Below are positions 10,213 to 21,086 of a stretch of 64,000 bases of DNA, piece after piece. Made by a program: the position numbers and the translations under genes. Source of the stretch: Candidatus Bathyarchaeota archaeon (GTDB lineage: Archaea > Thermoproteota > Bathyarchaeia > 40CM-2-53-6 > RBG-13-38-9); the NCBI GenBank assembly GCA_963807605.1, contig CAWECG010000004.1, forward strand, positions 384,001-448,000. The letters are read 5' to 3'. The notes under the pieces were generated by a model. That model was given only the letters and a program-made list of their open reading frames with translations. It was not told the origin of the DNA and did no database searches. Numbering within the stretch: position 1 is the first letter of the stretch; each line of letters begins with the position of its first letter.

Positions 10213-11124
10213 CTACTTGCAGACGTTTTGTTGAAGTCGCCTCCAGTAGTACAAATACTCTTGCGCATATCCCGCGTAGCGGCCGAAATGCATTCGGCCA
10301 AACTCACTTAGGATCTTGTAGTCTCGAACAGTTAGATGTCGACCATCTCTGATTCGTTTGGCAAGTCTTCGGCCCAACTGAAAGTGGTAGAGCTGGGCAA
10401 GTGCTCTGGCAATCCACACGTCAACTGGAAAGGCCTCAAGCTTCTCGAGAGAGAAGAGCAGGATACAATCGGATACCTTGTTTCCAACGCCATGATCATA
10501 AGACATGAGAGTTGACTTAGCTTCGTCGTAGGGCATCTTTCTTAACTTGTCGAAGTCGATTACGCCTTCACAAACGAGCTTGGCCATCTCTCTAAGTTCC
10601 AGAGCTTGTCTTCGTCCGTAGCGCAGCCCGCACTTCATGAGATCCTCCAACTTGGCTCGAGCTACAGCCTCGGCTGTTGGAAAGGAGTAGTCGATATAAC
10701 CATCCCAAACAACCTTCTGTCCAAATCTGCAGCTGAGAGTGTTAAGCACCTTCCTTATCATCACGATTCTGCAGTTCCTTGAGCATATGTACGACACCAG
10801 GCACTCCCAGGGGTCTTGGCGCAGAAGTCTGATTCCTCGAACTCCTGCTACAATCGTTCGAAATGTTTTATCTTTGCACAGCTCTTTGATGATGGCATAT
10901 AAGTCGTCGTCAAGACGCAGGTAGCTTGTGATCGTAGTCTTCGGAATTGAATTGGAAGATCGAACTTCCAAGCGATCCTCTTGTTGTCTTATCTTGATCA
11001 TTTTGTCGTCGAGGACCCCGAGCCACCATCCATTGAGTTTGGCCCACCGAAATACCTGACCACACGATAATGTTCTATCGAGGTCTATCGACTTTGAGTT
11101 GTCGTCTAGCTCTATGTTCATCAC
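10213..11124 (-). CDS. 8-oxoguanine DNA glycosylase (OGG1-type, HhH-GPD)
   Basis: TLSCGQVFRW, LLRQDPWECL, GVGNKVSDC (catalytic Lys), FPVD, YAGYAQEY. Confidence 0.9.
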   Translation of the reverse strand: MMNIELDDNSKSIDLDRTLSCGQVFRWAKLNGWWLGVLDDKMIKIRQQEDRLEVRSSNSIPKTTITSYLRLDDDLYAIIKELCKDKTFRTIVAGVRGIRLLRQDPWECLVSYICSRNCRIVMIRKVLNTLSCRFGQKVVWDGYIDYSFPTAEAVARAKLEDLMKCGLRYGRRQALELREMAKLVCEGVIDFDKLRKMPYDEAKSTLMSYDHGVGNKVSDCILLFSLEKLEAFPVDVWIARALAQLYHFQLGRRLAKRIRDGRHLTVRDYKILSEFGRMHFGRYAGYAQEYLYYWRRLQQNVCK

Positions 11125-11147
11125 AGTGCCTTCATACTCGGCGATTC

Positions 11148-11879
11148 TTACTTGTTCAGCTTGGTTTGTATCAGGAGTAGATTGTCCAAGTAAAGGTCAA
11201 ATTCGCTTAGAAAGCTCCTGAGCTTTAGTACGGACACGATCGGTACTCCCTCGATCATGCTAGTCTGACTCTCGGTCAATGTAACAATGAGGGGCACAAA
11301 GATCGTCTTGCGATCTGGCGGAATAGTGAGTATTTCCCCGTACCTATCAAGCTCCTTCACCAGAGCCTCTGTCCGGCTAATCTGTTTCTTCACGGCATTG
11401 AGAAGGCGGCTAGTGAACAGACCGTATCTCCAGTGTTTGCAGTCGACGCAGATCGTCGTCGAGTCTCTTCTTCCAATGAGGTCTATCTCATATTTTCTGT
11501 CGGCATGCCTGAACACGAATCTTGTGAAGGTTTTAAAGCCGTTAGCACGAAGGGCCTCAGCTCCAACATCTTCAAACTCACTAAAGGATAGACTTCCACA
11601 GACCCTTTCGAGATTTACTCCCGCCTTAATGCCCTCTAAAGCTAGATTGAGACGGTTTTCGCGTGTGACTTCTATCGCTGAGCCCTCACATGAAAGCAAA
11701 CCCATTTTTGCCAACAGCTCAACCGCACCCTTCACAGTCACAGTTGGCAATCCAACGATATCTGGAAGATTGTGCACGGATATTTTCTTGCATTCGCGCG
11801 TGCTTTTCAGAAGCCCGAGAAGCAGTCTACATGTGACTTCTTTGTTTAGACAGTTGATTTGGCCGCAGAGAATGCACAA
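11148..11879 (-). CDS. wHTH plus PD-(D/E)XK restriction-endonuclease-like protein
   Basis: EFE...EIDLIG...CVDCKHW motif; HTH-like N-terminus. Confidence 0.75.
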   Translation of the reverse strand: MCILCGQINCLNKEVTCRLLLGLLKSTRECKKISVHNLPDIVGLPTVTVKGAVELLAKMGLLSCEGSAIEVTRENRLNLALEGIKAGVNLERVCGSLSFSEFEDVGAEALRANGFKTFTRFVFRHADRKYEIDLIGRRDSTTICVDCKHWRYGLFTSRLLNAVKKQISRTEALVKELDRYGEILTIPPDRKTIFVPLIVTLTESQTSMIEGVPIVSVLKLRSFLSEFDLYLDNLLLIQTKLNK

Positions 11880-11892
11880 TCTAACCGTCGAC

Positions 11893-13038
11893 TCAGCCCG
11901 GGGGGGTTACGAACGTAAGAGCAAGTATTGCTAGCACTATTAGGTAGAATAAGGCTCGCGATCTTGACAGAGGGGAGATGTCTTCAAGTGGTTCTGCGCC
12001 CGCCCAAGCATGTCTGCTTGCCGTCATGAGTAGTATAAGGAATAGTGCGAAAAACCAGTAACCACTCACAACAAGGACAGCGAGACCAATTATAGATGTA
12101 ATCCTGTGTCCCTTAGAACCGAATACAGCTCTCGAGATATGACCGCCGTCAAGCTGCCATATTGGCAGAAGATTCAGGAAAGTTACGAGAGAACCTACCC
12201 AAGCAGCGAAGAGGGTCTGTCCTAGCACAAGAGTCCAGCCGTGCGGCAAAGTGTAAATCCTGAGTGCATCAACAATCCAGAATATTCCTGAGAATAGGAG
12301 AGGCGAACCGGGCCAAGAAACCGAACCTACCAGCTTCTGCTGTTCAAGAGAGGCGGCCTGCGTCTCTGGAATTGATACACCGAGAGCCATACTCAGAAAG
12401 GTGACGAGAATCATGATTACAAACCCAGCCAATGGGCCGGCAAGCCCTATGTCGAAGAGTTCATCTTTGTTAGTGGGCGGACTCTTGAGAGAGATAATTG
12501 CTCCAAATGTTCCGAATGGTGGAAAGCCCGGTATGAAATAGGGGGTTGATGCCGCCAAGCCATGTCGGTTACACACGAGCTTGTGTCCCAACTCGTGGGA
12601 GCCTATTATCCCTGCGAGACAGGCGGTATATATTGCCGCTTGAAGGTAGGGGTTTGCTTTGGGCATCAGCCTCTGACTCCACAGGGGATTACCGATCCAC
12701 AATAGGTAACCAGCGATGAAGATCGTAACCAAGGTCACAATGAAAAGAACTGGGCTGAGTCCTCTTCTGCCGGCCTTGATGGGAGGTTTGCTAAAAAGCT
12801 TAAGCACATAGTTAGCTTCTCCACGCCTAACCATCGGCAGAAGTCCAAGGGATGACAGCTGATTTGCCAGAGCCTTGAATTTGTCCTTCAGAGGTTCGAC
12901 CGCTATGATGAATGTGGGGTTTCCTGTCACATCGATAAATGCGTCAGTTATGTTGAAATCTTGACTCACTATGGTCTTCAAATCAGCCAAGGAGTATTGT
13001 GTTGCATAAGTGGGCTGGGAGGGCGCATAATTGCTCAA
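11893..13038 (-). CDS. Site-2 protease (M50) membrane metalloprotease
   Basis: HELGH, GTFGA, AGPLAG, NLLPIWQLDGGH; multiple TM segments. Confidence 0.93.
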   Translation of the reverse strand: MSNYAPSQPTYATQYSLADLKTIVSQDFNITDAFIDVTGNPTFIIAVEPLKDKFKALANQLSSLGLLPMVRRGEANYVLKLFSKPPIKAGRRGLSPVLFIVTLVTIFIAGYLLWIGNPLWSQRLMPKANPYLQAAIYTACLAGIIGSHELGHKLVCNRHGLAASTPYFIPGFPPFGTFGAIISLKSPPTNKDELFDIGLAGPLAGFVIMILVTFLSMALGVSIPETQAASLEQQKLVGSVSWPGSPLLFSGIFWIVDALRIYTLPHGWTLVLGQTLFAAWVGSLVTFLNLLPIWQLDGGHISRAVFGSKGHRITSIIGLAVLVVSGYWFFALFLILLMTASRHAWAGAEPLEDISPLSRSRALFYLIVLAILALTFVTPPG

Positions 13039-13190
13039 GTTAAGTTCTCCTCAGGCATTGATAGCGCTAACCGCTGAGCTCTTGTAATATAAGTCTAGTG
13101 ACAACAACCTCAACTTTGAAAGCCAGGCAAGCTTTCGAATTGAGTTAAAGCCTTATATCAACGATTTCCAATCACAGCCGCGATAGCGAG

Positions 13191-13706
13191 ATGAACCTGC
13201 ACTCCGAGGTAAAGATCAGAAGATTCTCCGCCGAAGACCTCGCAACGGTTATGGAGATAAATAGAACCTGCCTGCCAGAGAATTACAGCAGTTATTTTTT
13301 CCTCGATATCTGCAAGAACTACCCTGATGCCTTTCTGGTCGCAGAGTTCGAAGCGAGAATTGTCGGGTACATCATGTGTCGACTGGAGACAGGTTTCTCG
13401 GACTTTGCTCACTTAAGACCCGCCAAAAAAGGCCATGTCGTCTCTATCGCAGTCGTACCGGAGTATAGAAAAATAGGAATCGGTGGCACACTCATGCTCT
13501 CTGCGATCTCAGCACTTGCAAGTTACGGCTACTCAGAGGCTTTTGTGGAGGTCAGGATTACAAATGAACCGGCAATTAGTCTGTACCGGAAACTTGAATT
13601 TACGATCGTCAAGAGAATACCTCGGTACTACTACAATGGTGAGGACGCCTACGTCATGGCAATTCGGATGAATAGGCGCAAGTCGACGCGCGCGTCATGT
13701 AATTAG
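13191..13706 (+). CDS. rimI: N-terminal protein acetyltransferase (RimI/Ard1, GNAT)
   Basis: CLPENY, GHVVSIAV.PEYRKIGIG, EVRITN..AI.LY, YYYNGEDA. Confidence 0.92.
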   Translation: MNLHSEVKIRRFSAEDLATVMEINRTCLPENYSSYFFLDICKNYPDAFLVAEFEARIVGYIMCRLETGFSDFAHLRPAKKGHVVSIAVVPEYRKIGIGGTLMLSAISALASYGYSEAFVEVRITNEPAISLYRKLEFTIVKRIPRYYYNGEDAYVMAIRMNRRKSTRASCN

Positions 13707-14279
13707 ACAATACAGCAGTCATCACACAGCTGTAGATCTGACTGTAGACACGCAGCGGACCGTAGCTTCCAGTCTTCTCTGGATCTTCGGCATCACTTCA
13801 GGATTCTTTCAAATCAGATCAATGATAGTCGCCTCTCTTCGAGGTTCAGAAAAAAAAGGGCAGATTCTAGCGTGAACCGATTGAGGGTTTTTCCAGAGAT
13901 CTTTGCGACCTCGATCATCATGGCTTGGGTAGGGAACGCTAATGGAGAACCTGAGGAAGCTAAGCCACTACGAGCGGCCAGCCGCAATAGTCACATATCA
14001 AAGCCCTATCGTCTCGTGTGACTTTTCCACAATTAGGGCAGTAGATCAGCCTTCGGGTATCCATAGGGGGCCCCCTTCAGAGATAAGGTTAATTCAAATA
14101 CGAGGCGTATTATTTTTGGAGCACCTATAAGAGAGAACTGCACGATTTTGCTGCACTAGAAACTCGTCAAGTTTCTTTAGGCCGGATCCCGTTCAGGAGA
14201 AAAACAATAATAGCAAAGACCAAACAATCTTACTTGATAAACGGTTCTTAGCAATCTCACGCCAAAACCGGGTGAGAAA

Positions 14280-14537
14280 GTGGCCTCGAAAGAATTTCGT
14301 AATCTTGCCAACGAGTTTCCAACGATCTCTGAAATAGCCTACCGGGAATACCAAAAATACTTCCATGTCTCAGATGTTATGACTACTACGGTCTTGACAA
14401 TATATCCTGAAGCCTCGATGGAAGACGCGGCAAAGATAATGAGCGAAAGACACGTCGGCAGTCTCGTTGTTATAGAGAAAGAGACACCAGTAGGAATCGT
14501 CACTGAGAGAGACCTTGTGGAGGCTTACGCGAAATAA
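14280..14537 (+). pseudogene. Truncated CBS-domain protein (single CBS repeat)
   Basis: VSDVMT...AAKIMSERHVGSLVV...GIVTERDL, then a stop; CBS repeats normally occur in pairs. Confidence 0.55.
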
Positions 14538-14577
14538 TATCAAGAAGAATCATCTTCTGCGAGGGGGTGAGTGATGC

Positions 14578-14892
14578 TTGCCTATAGATCCCGACTTCCA
14601 GAAGAAGCTAAAAGCTAGTGGTGAACACGCCGGCCATAAAGTGTGGGGTGATGTCCAGTCGCCCCAGAAACTCGGCATTCACGGCACAAATGTCGCTGTG
14701 GACTTTGACTGTTGTAATGCTGATGGAATCTGTATATCGGTCTGTCCGGTTTCTGTCTTTGACGGGACGGAGACACCGGGCAATACGCTCTCAGACAAAA
14801 AGTCTGACCCAGTCAACGAACCTGCATGCATAGTATGCATGGCTTGCGAGATGCAATGCCCGACCAAGGCCATTAAGGTAACCGCTCCGTAA
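14578..14892 (+). CDS. zfx: Zinc-containing dicluster ferredoxin
   Basis: PIDPDF, HAGHKVWG and GIHG (Zn His ligands); CNADGIC...CP and CIVCMACEMQCP. Confidence 0.88.
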   Translation: MPIDPDFQKKLKASGEHAGHKVWGDVQSPQKLGIHGTNVAVDFDCCNADGICISVCPVSVFDGTETPGNTLSDKKSDPVNEPACIVCMACEMQCPTKAIKVTAP

Positions 14893-15064
14893 CATCCGTG
14901 TTAGCCGCGCTTCATAAGGTGCCATGTCGAGTAATCAGAATAGTGTAGAGACAACTGAAGCTGAGATGTCAACAGTAGCTTAGGAAACAGTTCAGCAAGA
15001 CAGTCGGTCATCAGACATTGCGCGTAATTCTTAGGATCTTCGAGTGAGAATAGGGCTTTCTGGG

Positions 15065-15364
15065 TCAGCGCCCTTCTTTCCCAGTTTCCCACTTCTCCCT
15101 CTTTACCAGAAGTCGCAGTGGAATATTCTGGCTTGTCCCGTCGGGCAGGCTCCTTCTAATACTGATAGGTAAAACACCCTCCTCCAGCTCCATCAGCCCG
15201 ATGGTAATAGGCGATCTGGCGGTGCTATCTAAGTTCAACAAAACAGGCGCCCCCATTGAAATCTGAAGCGCTCGTGCACCGACAACCCTAGCCTTCTCGA
15301 ATCTCGTCAGTTTCTGAGGCCCTATCAGAACTTGAGGTTGACCTTTAGGACTCTTCTGTTTCAC
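15065..15364 (-). CDS. rpoK: DNA-directed RNA polymerase subunit Rpo6 (K)
   Basis: LTRFEKARVVGARALQISMGAP...LPISIRR. Start is estimated at the GTG after GGAGG and overlaps the thermosome stop. Confidence 0.93.
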   Translation of the reverse strand: MKQKSPKGQPQVLIGPQKLTRFEKARVVGARALQISMGAPVLLNLDSTARSPITIGLMELEEGVLPISIRRSLPDGTSQNIPLRLLVKREKWETGKEGR

Positions 15365-16991
15365 CAGCACCCTCCTCTGACCCTTTTGGAGGCGGCATTC
15401 CTCCCTTACCTTTCCCTGCCTCAATAATGTCGTCAACCTTCAGAATCATAGTCGCAGCTTCTGTAGCCGAAGCTAGTGCCTGCCTCTTCACAGATGCCGG
15501 CTCGTGTACTCCCGCCTTATACATGTCCCTAACCGTTCCCTTATATGGATCTACACCAGCCCAGATCTCACCCTTCTCATGTCTCGCTCTCAACTCCACC
15601 AAGATATCAACAGGATCTAGACCGGCATTCTCAGCCAAAGCCATCGGAACAGACTCCAGAGCGTCCGCGAAGGCCAGAAATGCAAGTTGGCCTCTCCCAG
15701 GAATTTTCCTTGCGTATTCTCGCAGTCGCTTAGAGACCTCCGCCTCTGGTGCGCCTCCCCCAGCGACCATCTTCGGTTCTTGAACGATGTCTTTGACGAC
15801 GCATAGAGCGTCATGTACGGCTCTCTCAACCTCGTTTACTATTCTCTCGGTGCCTCCCCGAACAAATATCGTTACAGCCTTGGGGTTCCTGCATCCTTCG
15901 ATGAAGAGCATCCTATCATCCCCGATCTTTCTCTCCTCAACAACCTTGGCGTAGCCCAAATCCGTTTTTTCTAAGTTGGCTGTCTCTGTGACTATTGTCG
16001 CTCCTGTCGCCTTCGCCAGCTTCTCGATATCGGATGCTTTGACCCTCCTAGTGGCTAGGATACCCTTCTTTGCCAAATAGTGCTGTGCCGTGTCATCTAT
16101 CCCACGCTGGCACAGGAGAACGTTCGCCCCTGTGCTCGCGATCTTCTCAACCATTTCTTTGATGAGTTTCTCTTCTTTCTTGATGAATGCTTCAAGCTGT
16201 TCGGGCTTCTCGATTGAGAGTTTTGAGTCAAATTTTGTCTTCTCAATCTCAAGAGGCTTTATCAGAAGGACAATCTTCGCGCCATCCACCCGTTTGGGCA
16301 TCCTAGCGTGGACGATCTCTTTGTCAATAACTAAGCCCTTTATCAGTTGAGTGTCAGAGATGCCTGCTCCTTGTTTCTTCTCGACTTTTACATCTTCTAT
16401 GTCAACTGTGTACTTGCCAGATTTCTCTTCAGCCACATAGAGTATCGCATCTGTCACCAGGGTTGCTAATTTCTCTCTCTCTTCAGTGAGTAGCTTTGTT
16501 GCCATAGCGACGTCTGCTATTCTGCGAAGAATCCGCTTGTCTGTGGGGTGTACCTTTACGGCGATATCATAAAGAAACTCATTTGCTTTCTCAAGTGCTG
16601 ACGAGTAACCTTCTACAATAATGCCGGGATGGACATTTTTCTCTATCAGAAACTGCGCTCTGTTGAGAAGATCTCCGGCCAAGACGACCGCGGTTGTTGT
16701 TCCGTCTCCAACCTCTTGATCCTGTGTTTTGGCTACCTCAACCATGATCTTCGCTATGGGATGCTCTACTTCCATTTCCTTAAGGATGGTTGCCCCATCA
16801 TTAGTGACTGTAACGTCGCCGAAGGAGTCCACTAGCATCTTGTCCATTCCCCTCGGGCCAAGAGAACTCTTAACTACTTCACTGATTACGCGGGCCACGG
16901 TGATGTTCGCACGCTGACCCTCTCTACCTTGAGTTCGTGCACCTTCTTTCAAAATTAAGACCGGTTGACCTGAAAATTGAGGTGAAGCCAT
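15345..16991 (-). CDS. ths: Thermosome subunit (group II chaperonin)
   Basis: [38 protein letters not shown]. Confidence 0.97.
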   Translation of the reverse strand: MASPQFSGQPVLILKEGARTQGREGQRANITVARVISEVVKSSLGPRGMDKMLVDSFGDVTVTNDGATILKEMEVEHPIAKIMVEVAKTQDQEVGDGTTTAVVLAGDLLNRAQFLIEKNVHPGIIVEGYSSALEKANEFLYDIAVKVHPTDKRILRRIADVAMATKLLTEEREKLATLVTDAILYVAEEKSGKYTVDIEDVKVEKKQGAGISDTQLIKGLVIDKEIVHARMPKRVDGAKIVLLIKPLEIEKTKFDSKLSIEKPEQLEAFIKKEEKLIKEMVEKIASTGANVLLCQRGIDDTAQHYLAKKGILATRRVKASDIEKLAKATGATIVTETANLEKTDLGYAKVVEERKIGDDRMLFIEGCRNPKAVTIFVRGGTERIVNEVERAVHDALCVVKDIVQEPKMVAGGGAPEAEVSKRLREYARKIPGRGQLAFLAFADALESVPMALAENAGLDPVDILVELRARHEKGEIWAGVDPYKGTVRDMYKAGVHEPASVKRQALASATEAATMILKVDDIIEAGKGKGGMPPPKGSEEGAGETEES

Positions 16992-17060
16992 TATAACTTT
17001 CTCCGATAAAGGCGGGCTAACTAGAGTTGCATCTCGTCATAATAAGTATTGTGTTAAATA

Positions 17061-18139
17061 TGCTGTGTTGCGCGACTAGGTTTCAGTGATGTTTTTCGCT
17101 TTTGTTGGCTGTCTTCAGGTTTCGTCTAGCCGTGTGTTGCTGTGGTTGTTTCTATCAGCATGTTGTATAGTGAGGCTTTGATCATCATCTCCTGTGCCAT
17201 GTTTTGCATCGTTTTGGCTGAGACGTATTCTCCGAAGGTTCGCTTCAGCGATGAGAAGGCTGATTCAGCCATCCATCTATACCCGTAGCCATGATTGTGT
17301 TTCCAGGCTTCAGGGTCTTTGAGGTATTCTTGGGCTACGAGCTTTCTGGGCATGCATCCTCCGGCCCTGCTGGATGTGTTCTTGCGCACCTTGATGGCTG
17401 GCTCAATCCCTTTTGCGTTGAGATAGCGGAAGTTGCTTTTCATATCGTATGCTCCGTCGCCAATTGCCTTGGCGACCTTACCTTTCTTGGAGGCTTCATC
17501 AACAAGCGGCTGGAGCATCCCTCCGTCACCTGTCTTCTCATCCGTCACCTTCAAGGCGAGTATCTTCTTCCGCTTTACATCAACGGCGATATGGATCTTG
17601 AGGTATCCGCGTCTCACCTTCCATTTATGGCGTATCCATTCGCCGCGGTTAGCCACCTTGATGCCTGATGCGTCCACCGCCAGGACTATGTCGTCGCCAT
17701 AATCTTTCTCATCCAGCTTCACATCTAACCTGTTCACGCGTCTATCTATGGTTGAATAGTCAGGCACATGGATCCTTGAGTCGAATCTTCTCAGGGCTTT
17801 GAGGAATCCTTCTGTCTGCCTGTAGGGTAGGTGGAATAGCAGGTGCATGTAGCCTAGAAGCCTGATGAAGATCTCAGGGTAGACGTATTGTCCACCTTCC
17901 TTCCCAGTATTCATCTTTTCAAGCTCAATGTTCCACCTGTCAAGGATGCGTGGGTCAAGCAGGATCTCCCCACGCTTCACGAGACCCTCATTGATGCGTC
18001 TCCAATCTCTAGCAGCCAATCACAATCGTGGAATAGTTCTCTCACAGGCAATATAGATCATCCAACCACTTCCACGTCAATAAACCGAAAACTCAAACCT
18101 ACATCCATAAACAAAAATGTCTAGTCATGCAACACAGCA
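17061..18139 (-). mobile_element. IS5-family insertion sequence (1079 bp) with 19-bp TIRs and an 8-bp target duplication
   Basis: TIRs TGCTGTGTTGCGCGACTAG (17061-17079) and CTAGTCATGCAACACAGCA (18121-18139), 2 mismatches. GTTAAATA is duplicated at 17053-17060 and 18140-18147. Confidence 0.95.
17126..18019 (-). CDS. IS5-family DDE transposase
   Basis: LPYRQTEG, PDYSTI, AVDASG, KIHIAVD, GDGAYD, YGYRWMAESAFS. Confidence 0.95.
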   Translation of the reverse strand: MAARDWRRINEGLVKRGEILLDPRILDRWNIELEKMNTGKEGGQYVYPEIFIRLLGYMHLLFHLPYRQTEGFLKALRRFDSRIHVPDYSTIDRRVNRLDVKLDEKDYGDDIVLAVDASGIKVANRGEWIRHKWKVRRGYLKIHIAVDVKRKKILALKVTDEKTGDGGMLQPLVDEASKKGKVAKAIGDGAYDMKSNFRYLNAKGIEPAIKVRKNTSSRAGGCMPRKLVAQEYLKDPEAWKHNHGYGYRWMAESAFSSLKRTFGEYVSAKTMQNMAQEMMIKASLYNMLIETTTATHG

Positions 18140-18600
18140 GTTAAATACAGTTGAAGGATCGCCAGACGGAAAGGTCCTCCGGCAGGATTTTGGTCTTGGA
18201 GATCTCTTCTGCCATCTGAAAATAGTACTTTCACAAGCCGAGATATTTTGAGGCCACGATCGAGATTGTATCCGCCTATCTGTTGGAAAGGCACAGACTT
18301 CGCATCAGCGGAAAACCAACTTGCCGAAACCAGTTCTAATGATCATCAGCTTACGCTAGTGACGTTTCATGAAACTGGCCTCGTATAGAATTATCCCCGC
18401 AGTCATGATTCGAATGATCTAACACGCACCGCAAAGACAATATCGACCGAAAAGAGATGTACAACAAGAAAAAACAATCCGTGCTGAAATAATACATAGT
18501 ACGATCGGCAAGTCAGTTGTCCACGAGCTTGCGATCCGCCAACAAGACTTAAGATGATCGTAGTGAGATGATTCAATATTGTTTGGCAGGATGATCGCAC

Positions 18601-19731
18601 TTGCGAAGTTTTCTGAAGATAAATCAGCCTTCCCTTGGGAATGATGAGGTTGAAGCTGTTTCTGAGGTCCTTAGGGACGGCATTCTGACCGACAAGAGCG
18701 GCTGCGGACCGAGAGTCCTCAAATTTGAAAAGGAGTTTTCGCGTTACGTCGGGGCTAGATACGCTATTGCCGTTAACAGCGGCACGTCTGCCCTTCACGC
18801 ATCGCTCTTGGCTCTGGAAATCAGGCATGGAGACGAGGTTCTCCTTCCATCATTCACCTTCTCGGCAACCGCCGAAGTAGTTTTGCTGGCAGGAGCCAAG
18901 CCTGTATTCGTTGATATCGATTCGAGAACTTACTGCATGAGGACAGACGGCTTGGAAAGCAAGATCTCAAACCGCACAAGCGCGATAATGCCGGTGCACC
19001 TCTACGGACTTCCAGCGGATATGGGGCATATCAAGGAAATCGCCCACAAACACGGTTTGACCGTCATAGAGGATGCGGCCCAAGCCCTCGGAGCTCAATA
19101 CAGGGACAAGAGGATCGGCTCGTTAAGCGACGCGACCTGTTTCAGCTTCTATGCCGTCAAGAACATTACGACGGGGGGAGAGGGAGGGATGATCACCACT
19201 AACGACAGTGACGTAGCAGAAAAAATGAGATCCATCAGGGTGCATGGCGAGGAAAGACCATACTGGGTCTCAGGGCTAGGACACAACTATAGAATGACCG
19301 AGATGGCGGCATCGATCGGCTCAGTGCAACTTAAGAAACTGCCTGACTTCCTAGAAAAACGCCGAAGAAACTCAGGCTACCTGTCCGAGAAACTGAAAGA
19401 TCTTAAGAAGGTGGAGTTACCCGTTGAGCCAGAAGACAGAAAGCACGCTTGGCACCTTTACACGCTCAGGCTAAAAGGTGCAAATGCGGGTAAACGTAAT
19501 AGAGTGGTCGATAAGCTTCGCAGCAAGAACATCGGAGCGGCAGTCTACTACGAAACACCCGTGCATCTCCAACCTCTTTATCGAAAGCTGAGCAGTTCTC
19601 ATCGCAGCGACTTACTTGAGACTGAGAGGGCAGCTAGGCAGGTCTTTTCTCTTCCAATACATCCTGCGGTGAAGCGAGAAGACTTGGACGAGGTTGCCTC
19701 AGATCTAGAGAAGATCCTTTCAAGACAATAG
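18601..19731 (+). CDS. DegT/DnrJ/EryC1/StrS PLP-dependent sugar aminotransferase
   Basis: NSGTSAL, PVHLYG, EDAAQA, FSFYAVKN (PLP Lys), GEGGM, NYRM. Confidence 0.93.
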   Translation: MRSFLKINQPSLGNDEVEAVSEVLRDGILTDKSGCGPRVLKFEKEFSRYVGARYAIAVNSGTSALHASLLALEIRHGDEVLLPSFTFSATAEVVLLAGAKPVFVDIDSRTYCMRTDGLESKISNRTSAIMPVHLYGLPADMGHIKEIAHKHGLTVIEDAAQALGAQYRDKRIGSLSDATCFSFYAVKNITTGGEGGMITTNDSDVAEKMRSIRVHGEERPYWVSGLGHNYRMTEMAASIGSVQLKKLPDFLEKRRRNSGYLSEKLKDLKKVELPVEPEDRKHAWHLYTLRLKGANAGKRNRVVDKLRSKNIGAAVYYETPVHLQPLYRKLSSSHRSDLLETERAARQVFSLPIHPAVKREDLDEVASDLEKILSRQ

Positions 19732-19833
19732 GCATCGACTAGAACAACTCCTAGAGGTCACGATCAAATCGTCATCGGGCAGCTGACCTTTCTTTAGCCC
19801 GGGCAGGAATTAAGTTTCACTGGTGTAAAGGCA

Positions 19834-20208
19834 TTGACCGAAAGTGTCTCCAGGACAAAAATCAGGTTCATCATAGAGGATAAGGGCGAGTCGGAAGGGG
19901 AACTGATTAGATATCTTGCCCCCAGAACAGTGGAGGCATTGCTTCGATCGATGCCAATCCATGGAATAACTGCGATCACGAAGGGAATAGTCTATTTTCA
20001 AACGCCTGTTAAGGTCGGGAGCGAGAAGCCTAGGATACAGGTTGAAGCGGGCACTCTAGCTTACTGGCCTGTGAGCTCTGCTGTCTGCATTTGCCTCGAG
20101 AACATTCAACCCTACAGCGCGTTGAATGTGATTGGCAAGATTACGGGCAACTTGGCAATTTTAGAACAAGTAGGGTCTGGCAAGAGAGTAAGGATGGAGA
20201 AAATCTAA
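19834..20208 (+). CDS. Cyclophilin-like fold protein
   Basis: APRTVEALL..P, GTLAYWP...ICI and NVIGKI pattern. Confidence 0.75.
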   Translation: MTESVSRTKIRFIIEDKGESEGELIRYLAPRTVEALLRSMPIHGITAITKGIVYFQTPVKVGSEKPRIQVEAGTLAYWPVSSAVCICLENIQPYSALNVIGKITGNLAILEQVGSGKRVRMEKI

Positions 20209-20252
20209 GTGGAAGGAATGATCCATCCACCCAACAACCGACTCTAAGATCT

Positions 20253-20582
20253 TTAGGCTGCGGCGGCCTGATATATCCTAACCCTAGCGTTGCCTCCGGC
20301 AGACTTCACAACATGTTTCTTTGCAAGCTCCTCTAGCAGATCCTTAGCCAGACTTATCTTTAGATTAAACTGGGAAGCCAGAGAGTAAGGAGTTAGAACG
20401 CTCATTTTGGAGATCTCTGAAAGAAATCTTTCATCATTGATGTCAGGCATACTTATACTCCTTTCTTTCTTTTCGAACTCACCCTTTCCCTTGGCTTTGG
20501 GTTTCTTGATCTGCTGCTTCTGCTCAGGATTTGCCTGTGAATCATCCATTTTGGAAATACTTTTCTTCTTTGCGCCACCCAA
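20253..20582 (-). CDS. rps25e: 30S ribosomal protein S25e
   Basis: (M)GGAKKK start at TTG 20582; LTPYSLASQFNLKISLAKDLLEEL. Confidence 0.9.
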   Translation of the reverse strand: MGGAKKKSISKMDDSQANPEQKQQIKKPKAKGKGEFEKKERSISMPDINDERFLSEISKMSVLTPYSLASQFNLKISLAKDLLEELAKKHVVKSAGGNARVRIYQAAAA

Positions 20583-20682
20583 TAGGTTCACCGGATGTGA
20601 AAACGAAGTCTTGCATGATAAAAGTCTTTTGCAGAGAGGGTGGGACAAAGAATGACATGGTTCTGCAACCACCTAAGTCGAT

Positions 20683-20951
20683 TCAGGACCTTGTGATTAC
20701 GATCTTGTATTCCTCGTGTCCTAGCGTGCAACCCAGCTTCTCTGCAGCGTTCTCTGTGTGCGATTCGTTTGTCTCGCTAGGGTCGAAGGTGACGTAGAGT
20801 TGACAAAGCATCTAACTTGTCCATCATCAAGGCCTTCATTTCTCTTTGAGCGTTTTTCTATTTTGGGCACGCAAGATGGACATTCGAGACCTCTAAGAGA
20901 GGTCTAACTATTGACCTCTCTCTATTTGTCTTTGGGCTTATTGTCTGACAA
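20683..20951 (-). pseudogene. Degraded heavy-metal-associated (HMA/CopZ-like) domain
   Basis: Manual translation: LRGLECPSCVPKIEK...EG..., then a frameshift to LYVTFDPSET...AEKLG; two in-frame stops upstream. Confidence 0.7.
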
Positions 20952-21086
20952 GCATGATTTCTCGTTGTGACAATTCAGGAGAAGGCTCTGGCGTCTCCAG
21001 CAGAACCTGCAGAGAACCGCCTCTGATCAACTTAGTGTGATTGTTAGGCGTGCAAGTTCTACTATATCAGTCGTTCCGGGCGTGAT

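Noticed and set aside
13707-14279. Long intergenic stretch, as is 18148-18600
   Set aside because: No recognisable ORF, repeat or RNA structure found by eye; probably decayed sequence.
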